Assembly: GCA_002269645.1 (NCBI GenBank) | Contig: NIVC01000317.1 | Span: 62,001 to 126,000 of the forward strand | Direction: 5' to 3' | Source of the DNA: Macrostomum lignano | Taxonomy: Eukaryota | Length of the DNA: 64,000 nt | Part shown: piece by piece, positions 38,686-52,398 of the stretch | Numbering within the stretch: position 1 is the first letter of the stretch | How the letters are laid out: the number at the start of each line of letters is the position of its first letter | Position numbers and translations under genes: made by a program | Notes under the pieces: generated by a model | The model's input: the letters and a program-made list of their open reading frames with translations, nothing else | What the model was told of the DNA's origin: nothing | Databases searched by the model: none

Positions 38686-38908
38686 CGTGGCAGAGGAACA
38701 GGGGCTCGCCGGCATTGGACATCTCCTCGGAGGGGCTGAGGTAGGGGCACTCGGTCTCCACTGCCTGGCACCAGTCTGGACAAGGCTGCATCAGCGCCGA
38801 TGCGGCCGCCTCGGCGAAGCGACCCCTAGCGGCCTGCACGGTCCAGGCTTCTCTGGAGGTGTTGTGGACGGTAAAGTACACCGAGCAGAGCCAGTCGGTG
38901 TAGGCAAT
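38686..38908 (-). CDS. NALF1: NALCN channel auxiliary factor, exon 2 (cysteine-rich domain)
   Basis: cacag|ATT acceptor, G|gtttgt donor. IAYTDWLCSVYF...PCPDWCQAVETECPY...GEPLFLC matches FAM155A IVYKAWLCSQYF...PCKQYCLEVQTRCPF...GLSSFIC. Confidence 0.88.
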
Positions 38909-39759
38909 CTGTGGATTTTTTTAAAACAGATGCTTGACTGCGAAATACCTGTGTTAAACAAACTTGTGAAACTCAACTTGATTTCATATCAGCTACCCTT
39001 TACGTATAGAATTATTGAGATGAGCTAACCAGTAGGTCAATATGTAAATTTTTCAGAATGCAGAAAAAGCATCTGTAAGATCTAGAAATTCATTAAGGCT
39101 TGGTTTGGTATAGCGAGAATACATTGCTCACTGGGGCAAGCCTGCAGCTAATGAGGGATAACAGTCCACAAGGACGGGAATGGGACAGACAGCCGGACTC
39201 ACTGATAGATGATGGATGGAGGGCAGGTCAGTCCGGGTCCTGCTAGCGACAAACGGCAAATGGGTCGGGGCGGAATCAAATAGGAAGCGGTCGAAAGCTC
39301 CAACCTTTGCTTTCAACCCCCCTCCCCCTGACTCTGGGTAAAGGGGCCGGCTGCTCTCCAGCAGAGAAAGGGGAAAAAGGATTTAGTCTGGAGCAGTGCC
39401 TGCACAAGAGTAGGAGAAATTCCTCATATACATGTCAATGTGTCATAAGAAGGTTTATATGCGTAAAATTATATCTGTGCATTAGATTGAGTGCAGCAAT
39501 AACTTTGTTTCATATTGAACAGTCCAATCAGAATGAGAGCTGGTCATTAGCAGGGTTCCTCAAAGGACACGGGGTGACGCCGGGTGCAAGAGGTTGCTGG
39601 GAATGTATACTGGGCAGGTAAGAATGTGCAAGTTTTATAAAATTATACTCTTGGATACTTGCTGGCTAATGAAAACTAAAATAAAATAAATAAAAGTTTG
39701 AAATTTGAAACTAAACCTAAACCTAAATTTTTTTTGAAACTTCATCAGCGATGGTTTTC

Positions 39760-40650
39760 CCAACCTGAGACTTCTCCACCCTGAGGCTTCCCCAACCAGA
39801 GGCTTCCCAACCCTGAGGCTCCCCAACCCTGAGGCTCCCCAACCTGAGAATTCCCCAGACTTCCCCAACCTGAGACCTCCCCAGACTTCCCCAATCTGAG
39901 ACTTTCCCAGACTTCCCCACCCTGAGTATTCCCCAGACTTCCCAACCCTGCCCTGAGACTTCCCCAGACTTTGCCACCCTGAGACTTCCCCAGACTTTGC
40001 CACCTTGAGACTTCCCCAGACTTCCCCACCCTGAGACTTCCCCAGACTTCCCCACCCTGAGACTTCCCCAGACTTTGCCACCCTAAGACTTCCCCAGACT
40101 TCCCCACCCTGAGTATTCCCCAGACTTCCCAACCCTGCCCTGAGACTTCCCCAGACTTTGCCACCCTGAGACTTCCCCAGACTTTGCCACCCTGAGACTT
40201 CCCCAGACTTCCCCACCCTGAGACTTCCCCAGACTTTGCCACCCTGAGACTTCCCCAGACTTCCCCACCCTGAGACTTTCCCAGACTTTGCCACCCTGAG
40301 ACTTCCCCAGACTTCCCAACCCTGCCCTGAGACTTCCCCAGACTTCCCCACCCTGAGACTTCCCCAGACTTTGCCACCCTGAGACTTCCCCAGACTTCCC
40401 CACCCTGAGACTTCCCCAGACTTCCCCACCCTGAGACTTCCCCACCCTGAGACTTCCCCAGACTTCCCAACCCTGCCCTGAGACTTCCCCAGACTTTGCC
40501 ACTCTGAGACTTCCCCAGACTTTGCCACCCTGAGACTTTCCCAGACTTTGCCACCCTGAGACTTCCCCAGACTTCCCAACCCTGCCCTGAGACTTCCCCA
40601 GACTTCCCAACCCTGAGACTTCCCCACCCTGAGACTTCCCCAACCTGAGA
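39760..40650. repeat. Composite ctgagacttccccagacttccccacc minisatellite
   Basis: Directly visible. Confidence 0.92.
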
Positions 40651-41464
40651 CTCCTCTCAACCTAAACTTACCCCAACTGAAAATTCACGAACCGAAGCTG
40701 CTACTAATACTACTTAGCAAACAGTTTTGCACGAGAGTAATACCCATCTGCAAAGAAGTTATAACTGACATCATACCGGTAATCCGATCGGCTGTCACTC
40801 ATTTATTATGAAAGCTGGAATTCATTGAAATTCGCGCCAACACCAGTAAACTATCTGGCACCACAGTGGCCGAATTTAAGGCAAAAACGAAGCCTTCACT
40901 CGCCTGACCAGGCAACAAATTCGTCTCAAAAGTCGGCCTAGCCCGCACTCCTCACCCCCTCACTGCCGGGTTGTTGTGTTTAAGCTGCTTAGGCGGGAAA
41001 GTGATTAAAAGTACAGATTGACAGGGAATTCAGTAAGCGGACCGATAAACGGATGGAGCTTTTGAAAATGACATGAGAGAGGGAGAGGGGACAGGGGGGG
41101 GGGGGGCAGCCCCACTTCACCTATTATTTGGCGGGTCTGCAGCAGCCAGGACTGGACAGAGAGGGAACTGAGGCGGGGAAGAGTGGCTTGGAGCTGGAGA
41201 TCGGTGGGAGGGAGGCTAGAGAAAGTGCAAGTCAATCCGACGACCACCGCAGCCACATCGGTAGATCGCCATCTCTATTGGCATTATACTTCTCCCCTGA
41301 GGCTTGCAATGCTTGACCGCCGAGCGCGCCCCTCACTCTTTTGGGAATTCCCAATAGATGTAGACAGGGAACCACCGAGTATTGACAGTAAAAAATTACG
41401 GCATTAATGATTACGAATCCGAATGGGTAGCACGATGAATTCGAGCGTATGCACCATTTCCAGC

Positions 41465-42195
41465 GACTTTCTCTCAGCTATTCCTGATGCCACTTTCTCT
41501 CAACTGTGCCATTCCCGATGCCACTTTCTCTCAACTGTGCCATTCCCGATGCCACTTTCTCTCAACTGTGCCATTCCCGATGCCACTTTCTCTCAACTGT
41601 GCCATTCCCGATGCCACTTTCTCTCAACTGTGCCGTTCCCGATGCCGCTTTCTCTCAACTGTGCCATTTCTGATGCCACTTTCTCTCAAATGTGCCACTC
41701 CCAATGCCACTTTCTCTCAACTGTGCCATTCCTGATGCCACTTTCTCTCAACTGTGCCATTTCAGATGCCACTTTCTCTCAAATGTGCCATTTCTGATGC
41801 CGCTTTCTCTCAACTGTGCCATTTCTGATGCCACTTTCTCTCAAATGTGCCACTCCAATGCCACTTTCTCTCAACTGTGCCATTCCTGATGCCACTTTCT
41901 CTCAACTGTGCCATTTCTGATGCCACTTTCTCTCAACTGTGCCATTTCTGATGCCACTTTCTCTCAACTGTGCCATTCCCGATGCCACTTTCTCTCAACT
42001 GTGCCATTCCCGATGCCACTTTCTCTCAACTGTGCCATTCCTGATGCCACTTTCTCTTAACTGTGCCATTTCTGATGCCACTTTCGCTCAAATGTGCCAT
42101 TTCTGATGCCACTTTCTCTCAACAGTGCTATTCCCAATGTCACTTTCTCTTAACAGTGCCATTCCCGACGCCACTTTCTCCCAACTGTGCCACTC
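41465..42195. repeat. 31-bp minisatellite, block 1
   Basis: Unit ccattcccgatgccactttctctcaactgtg. Confidence 0.93.
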
Positions 42196-42964
42196 TCTCA
42201 CACCTGCACTGCACCCCAACTTCCCTAACAAGGGGTTGAAAAATTCAAATTAAACTCAAAAAGGAAAAAGAAATTTGCGATTCAATCCGTTGAACACGCA
42301 GGCAGAGAGGATGGGGCGCGTCGTAGGAAAACTGTCTCCGAAGCAGAGCTCCTCAGGCTGGGCAACCGCGCAGACTCCCTTTCGCAGGGGCGCCAATTAC
42401 TCATTTCGCTTCATCTTCTCTTCCTCATCCAGTACTCCTCTCGCGCCTCTTCGCTCACCAGTCGTTATCCATCTCCCTCTGGCTAGGCGGCCCCACAGCT
42501 CGCTTCGACTAAGAGTCGGAATAAAAAAATAAAAGACGGAGAAAGTGAGATGAGTCCGGCCGCTCCCCCCCCCCCACTCCCGTCCCTAAAGTCGGAATCC
42601 TCGCCCTTCTTGGTATTTTCCGCTACGTCCTCTGCTAGCTCGCCTTCGCCTGCCGTCCCCTGAGCTCTCGCTTTTTTCTCCTCTTCTCCGCCCCGCTCCC
42701 CCTTCCTTCGCTCTAGTTTTCGTTCGCCGCCCCGTTTACTTGATTGAAAAACGCCCCCCTCTCCCAGCCCGGCTGTCGCCTCGGCTACTCGGCTGGGTTT
42801 TGTCACTAGCTTCACTGGGACTCTCGAGTCCTCACAGCTTCTCTGCTGCATCTGGCTAGTAACAACTAGCACAGAGCGATAGTTCTCTATTCTCTGCAGG
42901 CTACATGCGGCGTTTCCGGCTGTTTGCATTACGAGCGTAGATTTGCGAAAGCTATTATTCAATC

Positions 42965-44195
42965 GTGCCATTCCCGATGCCACTTTCTCTCAACTGTGCC
43001 ATTCCTGACGCCACTCTCTCTCAACTGTGTCATTCCCGATGCCACTTTCTCTCAACTGTGCCCCCATTCCCGATGCCACTTTCTCTCAACTGTGCCCCCA
43101 TTCCCGATGCCACTTTCTCTCAACTGTGCCCCCATTCCCGATGCCACTTTCTCTCAACTGTGCCATTCCCGATGCCACTTTCTCTCAACTGTGCCATTCC
43201 CGATGCCACTTTCTCTCAACTGTGCCCCTATTCCCGATGCCACTTTCTCTCAACTGTGCCATTCCCGATGCCACTTTCTCTCAACTGTGCCATTCCCGAT
43301 GCCACTTTCTCTCAACTGTGCCATTCCCGATGCCACTTTCTCTCAACTGTGCCATTCCCGATGCCACTTTCTCTCAACTGTGCCCCCATTCCCGATGCCA
43401 CTTTCTCTCAACTGTGCCATTCCCGATGCCACTTTCTCTCAACTGTGCCATTCCTGACGCCACTCTCTCTCAACTGTGTCATTCCCGATGCCACTTTCTC
43501 TCAACTATGCCATTCCCGATGCCACTTTCTCTCAACTGTGCCCCCATTCCCGATGCCACTTTCTCTCAACTGTGCCCCCATTCCCGATGCCACTTTCTCT
43601 CAACTGTGCCATTCCCGATGCCACTTTCTCTCAACTGTGCCATTCCCGATGCCACTTTCTCTCAACTGTGCCCCTATTCCCGATGCCACTTTCTCTCAAC
43701 TGTGCCATTCCCGATGCCACTTTCTCTCAACTGTGCCATTCCCGATGCCACTTTCTCTCAACTGTGCCATTCCCGATGCCACTTTCTCTCAACTGTGCCA
43801 TTCCCGATGCCACTTTCTCTCAACTGTGCCCCCATTCCCGATGCCACTTTCTCTCAACTGTGCCATTCCCGATGCCACTTTCTCTCAACTGTGCCCCATT
43901 CCCGATGCCACTTTCTCTCAACTGTGCCCCCATTCCCGATGCCACTTTCTCTCAACTGTGCCCCCATTCCCGATGCCACTTTCTCTCAACTGTGCCCCCA
44001 TTCCCGATGCCACTTTCTCTCTACTGTGCCATTCCCGATGCCACTTTTTCTCAACTGTGCCATTCCCGATGCCACTTTCTCTCAACTGTGCCATTCCCGA
44101 TGCCACTTTCTCTCAACTGTGCCCCCATTCCCGATGCCACTTTCTCTCAACTGTGCCATTCCCGATGCCACTTTATCCTAACTGTGCCATTCCCA
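42965..44195. repeat. 31-34-bp minisatellite, block 2
   Basis: Same unit, with cc/ccc insertions. Confidence 0.93.
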
Positions 44196-44784
44196 AAAGC
44201 AATATCAAAAACATTTATTTTATAAACTGCACAATTCTGCACGCCAAGTTTTTATCTAGCTAGCTGTGCCAACGGTAGACGCGAAAATGGCAAGTGTGCA
44301 GTTTATCGCTTCTGTTTGAATTTCATGTTTTGTTGTAACGCCGTTTAAAAAAAACTGCAAAACAGGAAAAATTTATCAAGCAAATAGTTGCACGAAAAAT
44401 CTGGATGAACTCAATTCTGTACTTTTGACTCTGGAAAATCATGCCAGACAATATGGCATTAATCGTTGGCTACTCCACTCGACTCGGTATCCTCATCGAT
44501 TAATGATCATCTAAATAACTGCTACAGCAAACATGACGTCCGCCTCACTGCCCGAGCGCCCATGGCCAAACTCCCGGGATGAAAATTGCCGGGTTAGGCA
44601 GCCCGGATGGGCTTGAGTTATTGGCACTGGTTGGACACGCACTCAGCCTTTCAGCATTGCATGCGGCCTGGTCCATGTCCGCATGCTTACAGGCTGCAGC
44701 TGACAGACAGGAACAGCCTTGCGTTTTTTTTTTGTTTTTCTCACTCTGTGTGCCTACATCTTTTTATCTGTGCCTTATTTCCGC

Positions 44785-44850
44785 GCCTGCTGCCTGCCTG
44801 CCTGCCTGCCTGTCTGTCTGTCTGGCTGTCTGTCTGTCTGTCTGTCTGGC

Positions 44851-44881
<31 letters not shown>

Positions 44882-44886
44882 ATGTG

Positions 44887-44929
<43 letters not shown>

Positions 44930-44934
44930 ATGTG

Positions 44935-44997
<63 letters not shown>

Positions 44998-44998
44998 G

Positions 44999-45047
<49 letters not shown>

Positions 45048-45070
45048 GCCTGTCTGTCTGTCTGTCTGTG

Positions 45071-45133
<63 letters not shown>

Positions 45134-45138
45134 ATGTG

Positions 45139-45213
<75 letters not shown>

Positions 45214-45238
45214 ATGTGTGTCTGTCTGTCTGTCTGTG

Positions 45239-45315
<77 letters not shown>

Positions 45316-45342
45316 GCCTGCCTGTCTGTCTGTCTGTCTGTG

Positions 45343-45425
<83 letters not shown>

Positions 45426-45440
45426 GCCTGTGCCCGTCTG
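44785..45440. repeat. (TGTC)n
   Basis: Directly visible. Confidence 0.95.
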
Positions 45441-45651
45441 TCTGTTTTCTATTTACTTATCATGACTGTCCTGCTAATTTATTTCATACAACAATTTTAT
45501 TAGGTCATTAGGCTCTTACTCAATTGGGGGAGTTAATGCTGAGTTATTTTTACACCCAAGATCATCGCTGGAGGTCGCAGGGGATCCTGGTAAATCCTGG
45601 CATCCAATGAGCATTTTGCAAAAAACAGACCCAAATCAAAACTGGACTCAC

Positions 45652-46572
45652 CTGACATTGTTTCAGGCTTTCAATGTGCTCCTGACTATGCGCCGATTTT
45701 GCTTTAAAATACATCTGATTGAGCAGCCCGCCGAAGTGGTTTGAGACGGCGCGCAACTGGTCGGACCGGTCAGCAACCGCCCTGGCGCACTGGCACAGCA
45801 GTCGGGACAGGTTCAATGCGCCAGTCAAGGATGGGGCTAGTGATGAGGCTAACGGAGGCTGCAATAGCGGACTGTCCTCTATGAATGAGCTGAGGCTGGC
45901 TCCGCCGAAGCTGCTTGAATTGTAAACGAGGCCGCTGCTACTAGAAGCAGTCGGGGAAGCAGAAGAGGAAGCAGCAACAGCAGCCGGAGTTGTTGCGCCA
46001 CTAGTTGAGCTGGCGGCCAGCAGGAGGGCCCGGGTGGCCTCGGCCGGTCCGAGCAGCAGCGCCGAGCAGCCGCTTGGCGGCACTCCGGCGTCAAATTCGA
46101 ACTTCTTTGTAGTGTCGAACGCGTTGCCGGCGGATCCGGGCAGCGGCTCGGCGCCCGGTTGCCCGGGAAACATTGGCAGCACGGTTGCTAGGGGCAGATG
46201 GGGACAATGGCGAACTCGCAGCCAGGCGGCCGACAGAGCCTCTAATCTGGCGGCCAGAGCGACGCTGTCCGAGTCGCCTGGACAGAGGCCGAGGCTGTCA
46301 ATCAGTTGCGGGGCCAGTTCAACCGGGGACGGAGGCGAACGGCGTTTGGCCCTATTAATAATTGGCCGCTGGCCCGGCGCCGGGCCCAGAGACAGCACGG
46401 CGGCTAAGAAGGCGTCGGAATTGGCGGCGGCCTTCGAAGCCGAAGCGGCCGCCGCGGCGGTGGCAACGAACGCGCAAGCCAGCAGGCAGAGCCTGGCGGC
46501 CAGCGAAGGCGTCAGCGAGCCGGGCCAAGGAGCGCGCAACGACGACGACAGTTGGTGCCGGCTTCGTCGCAT
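45652..46572 (-). CDS. NALF1: NALCN channel auxiliary factor, exon 1
   Basis: ATG at 46572, hydrophobic LCLLACAFVATAAAAA, WLRVRHCPHLPL and LCQC...FGGLL...CQ motifs. Donor CAG|gtgagt. Spliced product about 487 aa. The symbol denotes the family; NALF1 versus NALF2 cannot be resolved. Confidence 0.85.
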
Positions 46573-48369
46573 GACACCGTCCGTCGACAGCCGCTGGGCG
46601 GGGGCGCCGCTCCGACCCGCTGCCGAGGCGGGCTCGCCGCGGAGGAGATAAAAAGAGAAGGAATTTAAACAGCAGCAGCAGTAGGGCTGCGGCTGCGGTG
46701 GTGCCTGCTGATGCTGGCCGGCTTGTCTAGCGCTACATTATTTAGCTGGCGCTGTTTAGCTAACTGCTGTGCCGCTGTTGCTGCAGCCCCTGACGCAGGC
46801 AGCTGCTGTGGTGGCAGGCGGCCGGCGGGGTGTAGCTGAAATGCCCAGACTGGAGTCATGTAGGCGGCTTCGGCCCAGCCTTAGGCCATATGCATTTTAC
46901 ATTGCCGACTGGGATTGTACTTGAACTCGTGCATGCAGCCAGGCTTTAGTGAAATAGAAAGAGAAACTGACAATTAAATCTGCTATACTATATAGTTATA
47001 ATAGGCCTGAAGTTCGAGGAGGCGCTACGCCAAGTCAAGCGCACGCTACCGACGCTACTCAAAGAGGAGGCGGAGGATGAAAAAAGGGAGGGCGGGAAGG
47101 GGGAAGCGGGTTAGCGCTAAACCCTCCGGGGCATTTCTCCCCCCCCCCTGACACACACACACAGCTCTCTCGCCATCCCTTCTCACTGCAGCTTCCCTAG
47201 CCGCTCCTCTCTCCTCCAGTAGTTTTATTCTCTGCTCGCCCATCGTCCAGCCAATAGGAATCGGCTGGCACCACCAGCTCCAACCCCACTCCCAGCACCC
47301 CCTCCCTTAGCCTCCAAAGCTGAGCTATCTGAGCTACGTCCGGCAAAAGCGCCGGCCTTCACTCTGCCTCAAGCCTGCTCAATACTAGCCTCACCCGCTC
47401 TCCGACTCCCACGGAGAGAGAAAAAAGTGCCTCTGCTAGGCTCGCCTTATCAAACGGGGTCCATCAAATTACATGCGAGACCACTGAATCGGTGGGTGTG
47501 CGTGCGTGTGTAGGCGATCCGAGCCCCCCACGGCAGCCGCAAACAGTAGAGAAGACTAAGGAGCTCTCCTTGACTTAAGTTCCTTACTCTCTCCCCCATA
47601 CCCACCGAGCTATCCACGCATCTCCCTCCTCAGCCTTCTCATCGCTATATATTTTGCTCCATCTCTCTCCTTTCTTCTCCTGACGGCGTCGAGTTTGGTG
47701 TCAGGCGGAGGCTCTCCGCTTCCCTGACTCTCTTCTTCTTCCCAGGTTCCTCCTCGGCTTCACCTACCCCCCTCCATCCCTATCCGGATCTGCTATTCCT
47801 TTAGCCCATCCCAGGCGCATGCAGTTTCGCTTCCCGCTGACTTTCAGGCTGGGCCCATCCCACTCTCCTCTAACCTAAGCCAGCCCACCCTGCGGTTTGA
47901 AAAATGCCCCTACAACTACAAGCTCCGCCTCTCTTAGCCAGGGGCCAGCCAACCACACTATGCCGCCATTCCGACCCCCCCCCCTGCACCATCATCCCCT
48001 AGAACATTTTCTCACACACACACTTCTCTTCCTAACCCCAACCCCCCTTGAGACCTCATTTGTCCCAGCAGCGAGGGGGGGCGGCTCCTAACCGCAGGAC
48101 ATGCACTCTATGAGTAAGTAAATCCCGAGGCGAGCATGCAAAAAGCCTCGATCTGCACGCTGCCGCCTCTCGCTGAGGTTCTGTATTTTTTCTAATTAAT
48201 TGATGCAGATAAAAAAACTGATTCATCGTTCTCGTACACAAAAAACTTATTAACCGCAGTCTGCAGAGGCAGGCAGCACTGCACGAATTAGACTAGTATA
48301 AAAAATCCGAGCTTAAAACTGCTCAAAAAGTACCTTTTCTGGTCACTATGGATTCCTGCGCACCGCAGC

Positions 48370-48686
48370 AACTGAGGATCTGGGAGGCTGGCCCAGCAGC
48401 TGAGGATCTGGGAGGCTGGCCCAGCAGCTGAGGATCTGGGAGGCTGGCCCAGCAGCTGAGGATCTGGGAGGCTGGCCCAGCAGCTGAGGATCTGGGAGGC
48501 TGGCCCAGCAGCTGAGGATCTGGGAGGCTGGCCCAGCAGCTAAGGATCTGGGAGGCTGGCAGCCCAGCAGCTGAGGATCTGGGAGGCTGGCCCAGCAGCT
48601 GAGGATCTGGGAGGCTGGCCCAGCAGCTGAGGATCTGGGAGGCTGGCCCAGCAGCTGAGGATTTAGGAGGCTGGCCTAGCAACTAT
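48370..48686. repeat. 28-bp minisatellite
   Basis: Unit gatctgggaggctggcccagcagctgag; the last unit is mutated. Confidence 0.93.
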
Positions 48687-49307
48687 TCTATATTATAAAA
48701 TATAATGCTTTTAAAATTTTAATAAAAGGCATAAAGTTTGTAGCATACTAAAATAAATGAGAAATTTATTTTAAACTATAAACTTAGTCAATTTTAGAAG
48801 TCAATAATATATATATTTTTAGGAATATATATATATAGAAAATAAACATCATAAAAACTATTAAATTAAATAATAAATGCTATAAAAATTCATTGAAAAG
48901 ATAACAATTAGTCTTACTTTACAATGAAAAGTATTTTAAATGAATAAAAATCACATTTAAAAGCTTTAAACTAGTTTCTACATAGCCTATTATAAACTAT
49001 AGAATGCCATAGGATGAAAAAATATAGTTACTTTTTAGCTCATAATTCTATGCTTTCTATGATTTTTCAAGTAAAATAAATAAAATGTAAAAAGTTTAAT
49101 GGATAAGAATTTAAACAGAATTTCCTAAATTAAATGAGTTTTATTAAAAAGTTTAATTATCAGTTTTAGATAGGAAAGAATAATAACAAGACATTTATAA
49201 TATTTTAAGCCAACAAATGATATAGTTTTGTTAGTTTGAAACCTATAAAATAGGGTGTCATTATATTATATTTATACACTGTTTCCTATAAAATTGTATA
49301 GTTTAAT

Positions 49308-49500
49308 AGGGTTATAGCTTAATAGTTAGAGTCTAAGACTTATAATCAAAAGATTTGGCATTAGACCCATTATGAACAATGTATGTCCTTGAGCAAGAGA
49401 ATTAACTTTATAAAGCTTTTGTCTACCTAACTGTAAAATGGTTACCAGCATTAGCTAGGATAATTTAAACTATATGATAATATCCATAGTCTATACTCAG
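49308..49500 (+). mobile_element. Heavily AT-mutated copy of the same SINE
   Basis: tatagcttaatagttagag...tgtccttgagcaagagaattaac...ctgtaaaatggttaccagcattagctaggataatt aligns by eye to the 20.5-kb copy. Confidence 0.8.
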
Positions 49501-49630
49501 GAAAGTGCATATAGAAAATTCTAGTATACAAAAAGCATACATGCGCAACTTCTGAAATTACACTGGCCGTGCGACTTAGTTTTCGATAAAAAAATGCGAC
49601 TTACCTATGAAAGAGCCAAGCAAAAACTTT

Positions 49631-49700
49631 AAGTAAACGGCAGGAGTAACTATGACCATTTTTTAAAAGCTAAATGCCTCGCCAGCTAATTAGTGCTGCG
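49631..49700 (+). other. 28S rRNA-derived fragment (helix 69-71 region) inside the P-like element
   Basis: gtaaacggcaggagtaactatgacc...agctaaatgcctcgccagctaattagtg, compared with conserved LSU GGGTAAACGGCGGGAGTAACTATGACTCTCTTAAGGTAGCCAAATGCCTCGTCATCTAATTAGTG. Confidence 0.75.
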
Positions 49701-50129
49701 TGCAGATTCCGCGTTTTTATAACAGCTAATCAGTGTCATCTAGTGGCGGCATGAAGCAATTAGTAAATTGTCAGTACAGTGTAGTGAGCATACTACAAAA
49801 GTCATGATTCATGAATGTCCAGAAGTAAGTGAAGTGAATACAGTGACCTATAGCTCAAGAACGATTTGCTAGACGATTTGGCATGGAAGATAAGAGCCCT
49901 GATTCAGATGGCTCATCAGATGCAGAATACGAATCCAGTAGAGATACAAGCTGTGAAAACCCACAGATTTTTAAACCACTGAATTCTAATTCCCGGAACT
50001 ATTTTTGCATAGATTCTAAATTTGAAGTCATGCTCAAACAAAAACTTGTTAACAGTTAGGAAAAAGGCAAAGATGGGAGTAATGCATGTTAAACTAAGAT
50101 TTGAGGCCTTTGCAAATTCTCTCCATTCC

Positions 50130-50790
50130 TCAATCTTCTCATCCTCTTTTTCTTTTCTCTCTCATCCCTTATCCCTTCTCTCTTTCCTCTCCTCTCTCCT
50201 CTCTTTCCTCTCCTCTCCTATCTCTTCTGTCTCCTCTCTACATTCTTATCTCTCCTCTCGTCTCTCTCCATTCCACTCTACTCTCTCATCTTATCTTCCC
50301 TCTCGTCTCTCTCCACTCTACTCTCATCTTATCTCTCCTCTCTTTTCTACTCTCTCATCTCTCCTCTCTTCACTCTCCTCTCATCTCCTCTTTATCCTCT
50401 CTTCTCTCATCTACTCTCTCCTCTTTCCTCTTTCCTCTCTTCTGATCTCATCCATCATCTTTTCTTTCCTCTTTCCTCTAATCTCCTCTTCTCTCTCATC
50501 TCTTTTTCCTCCCTCAGCTTTTCTCTCCTCTTCTATCTTTTCTCCCATCGCATCGCTCGCCTCTCCTCTGTTTGCTTATCTCTAATCTTCTATTCCCTCT
50601 ACTTTGAAGTAAGAAAATATGCACATCTTTTTGCTGAAGATAAGAGGAGAGAAGAGGGCATTGAGGAGAAAGGGTAGAGAGAAAGGGGGAGAAGAGAGGA
50701 GAGTAAAAATGAGAGGAGAGAGAAGAGGGAAAAGGGGGGAGAGAGAGAGAATAGGGGAGGCAAGGTAGAGAAGAAGAGAGAGATGAGAGT
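50130..50790. repeat. CT-rich then GA-rich low-complexity tracts
   Basis: Directly visible. Confidence 0.85.
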
Positions 50791-51029
50791 TGAAGAGACA
50801 CCAACCTTGCTAGTTAGGAAGTTTCAAAGAACCCGAGGGGCGAGGGCCAGATAGACGGGCTTCGCGAGCTGGAGTTTGCCAACCCCTGCTCCAGAGTTTA
50901 AGAAATCAATGGGAAACTGTTGACACAGGCTTCTGATTTCAAAGATCTTGTCTGTGGTTGAAGGCTTCTATTCTGTTTTTGCTCTCCTGCCACACTTGCA
51001 CCTACTACCCCCTGATTGCCTCTGATTGT

Positions 51030-51600
51030 GACTTACTTCCCTCTTATTGCGACTTAGTTGCTTCTTTTTGCGACTTACTTAATCCTTTTTGCGACTTACT
51101 TAATCCTTTTTGCGACTTACTTAATCCTTTTTGCGACTTACCTAACCCTTTTGCGACTTACCTAATCCTTTTGCGACTTAGCTGATCCTTTTGCGACTTA
51201 CCTAATCCTTTTTGCAACTTACCTAATCCTTTTTGCAACTTACCTAATCCTTTTTGTGACTTACCTAATCCTTTTGCGACTTAGCTGATCCTTTTGCGAC
51301 TTACCTGATTCTTTTTGCAACTTAGCTGATCCTTTTGTGACTTACCTGATTCTTTTTGCGACTTACCTGATCCTTTTTGCGACTTACCTAATCCTTTTTG
51401 CCACTTACCTAATCCTTTTTGCGACTTACCTAACCCTTTTGCGACTTACCTGATCCTTTTTGCGACTTAGTTTGCTTCTTTTGCGACTTACCTAACCCTT
51501 TTGCGACTTACCTGATCCTTTTTGCGACTTAGTTTGCTTCTTTTGCGACTTACCTAACCCTTTTGCGACTTACCTGATTATTTTTACAACTTAGTTTGCT
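51030..51600. repeat. 20/21-bp minisatellite (ttttgcgacttacctaatcct)
   Basis: Amplifies the gcgactta motif also found in the subterminal regions of the P-like element. Confidence 0.9.
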
Positions 51601-51679
51601 TCTTTTGCGAATTGCTTTTCTTTTGCTTCACCATTTTCCCTGAACTGCTCTTTCTTTTGCTTTCCTCTTGCCTTTCTTG

Positions 51680-52398
51680 GGGGAGCACGAGAAATGCCCG
51701 CAGACGAATTGCCCGCCGAGATTTGCCCGCAGGAGATTTGCCCGTGGAGCTTTGCCCGCCGAGCTTTTCCCGCGGAGATTTGCCCGCAGTGCATTTTGCC
51801 CGTGAGCGAATTGCCCGTGGAGATTTGCCCGCCGAGAATTGCCCGCCGAGATTTGCCCGCAGTGCAATTTGCCCGCGAGTGAATTGCCCGCGAGCGAGTT
51901 GCCCGCCGAGTTTTTTCCCGCCGAGGTTTGCCCGCGATCCTTTTTTGCAGCGCATTTGGCAGCTAGATTCTGTCCATACATTGCTCCCCCCAAAATATGC
52001 ATTTGATATGCAGTTACTATCAAAACGTTTTGATCGTGTAAATCTCTTTATTGAGATTAACACGTACTAAGCATGGGAAGGCAATGCAGACAAAATCTGC
52101 CGCGTCGCCAAATGCGCTGCAGGAAAAAATCATTGAATCATTGCGGGCAAACCTCGGCGGGAAAAAACTCGGCGGGCAACTCGCTCGCGGGCAATTCACT
52201 CGCGGGCAAATTGCACTGCGGGCAAATCTCGGCGGGCAATTCTCGGCGGGCAAATCTCCACGGGCAATTCGCTCACGGGCAAAATGCACTGCGGGCAAAT
52301 CTCCGCGGGAAAAGCTCGGCGGGCAAAGCTCCACGGGCAAATCTCCTGCGGGCAAATCTCGGCGGGCAATTCGTCTGCGGGCAATTCTCATGGACCCC
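51680..52398. mobile_element. Foldback element with ~250-bp near-perfect inverted arms of GCCCG subrepeats
   Basis: The ORF track gives an identical 62-aa peptide on opposite strands (51694+ and 52384-). GGGG...CCCC ends; direct repeat (cc)tttcttg on both flanks. Confidence 0.88.

Noticed and set aside
42483-42983. 166-aa minus-strand ORF in NALF intron 1 (also 13280-13471 and 17320-17715)
   Set aside because: No recognisable domain, partly low-complexity, and not needed for phase continuity of the host genes.
33160-48120. Scattered plus-strand splice-like signals suggesting an antisense transcript
   Set aside because: Isolated GT/AG motifs with no coherent exon chain or ORF; expected by chance.
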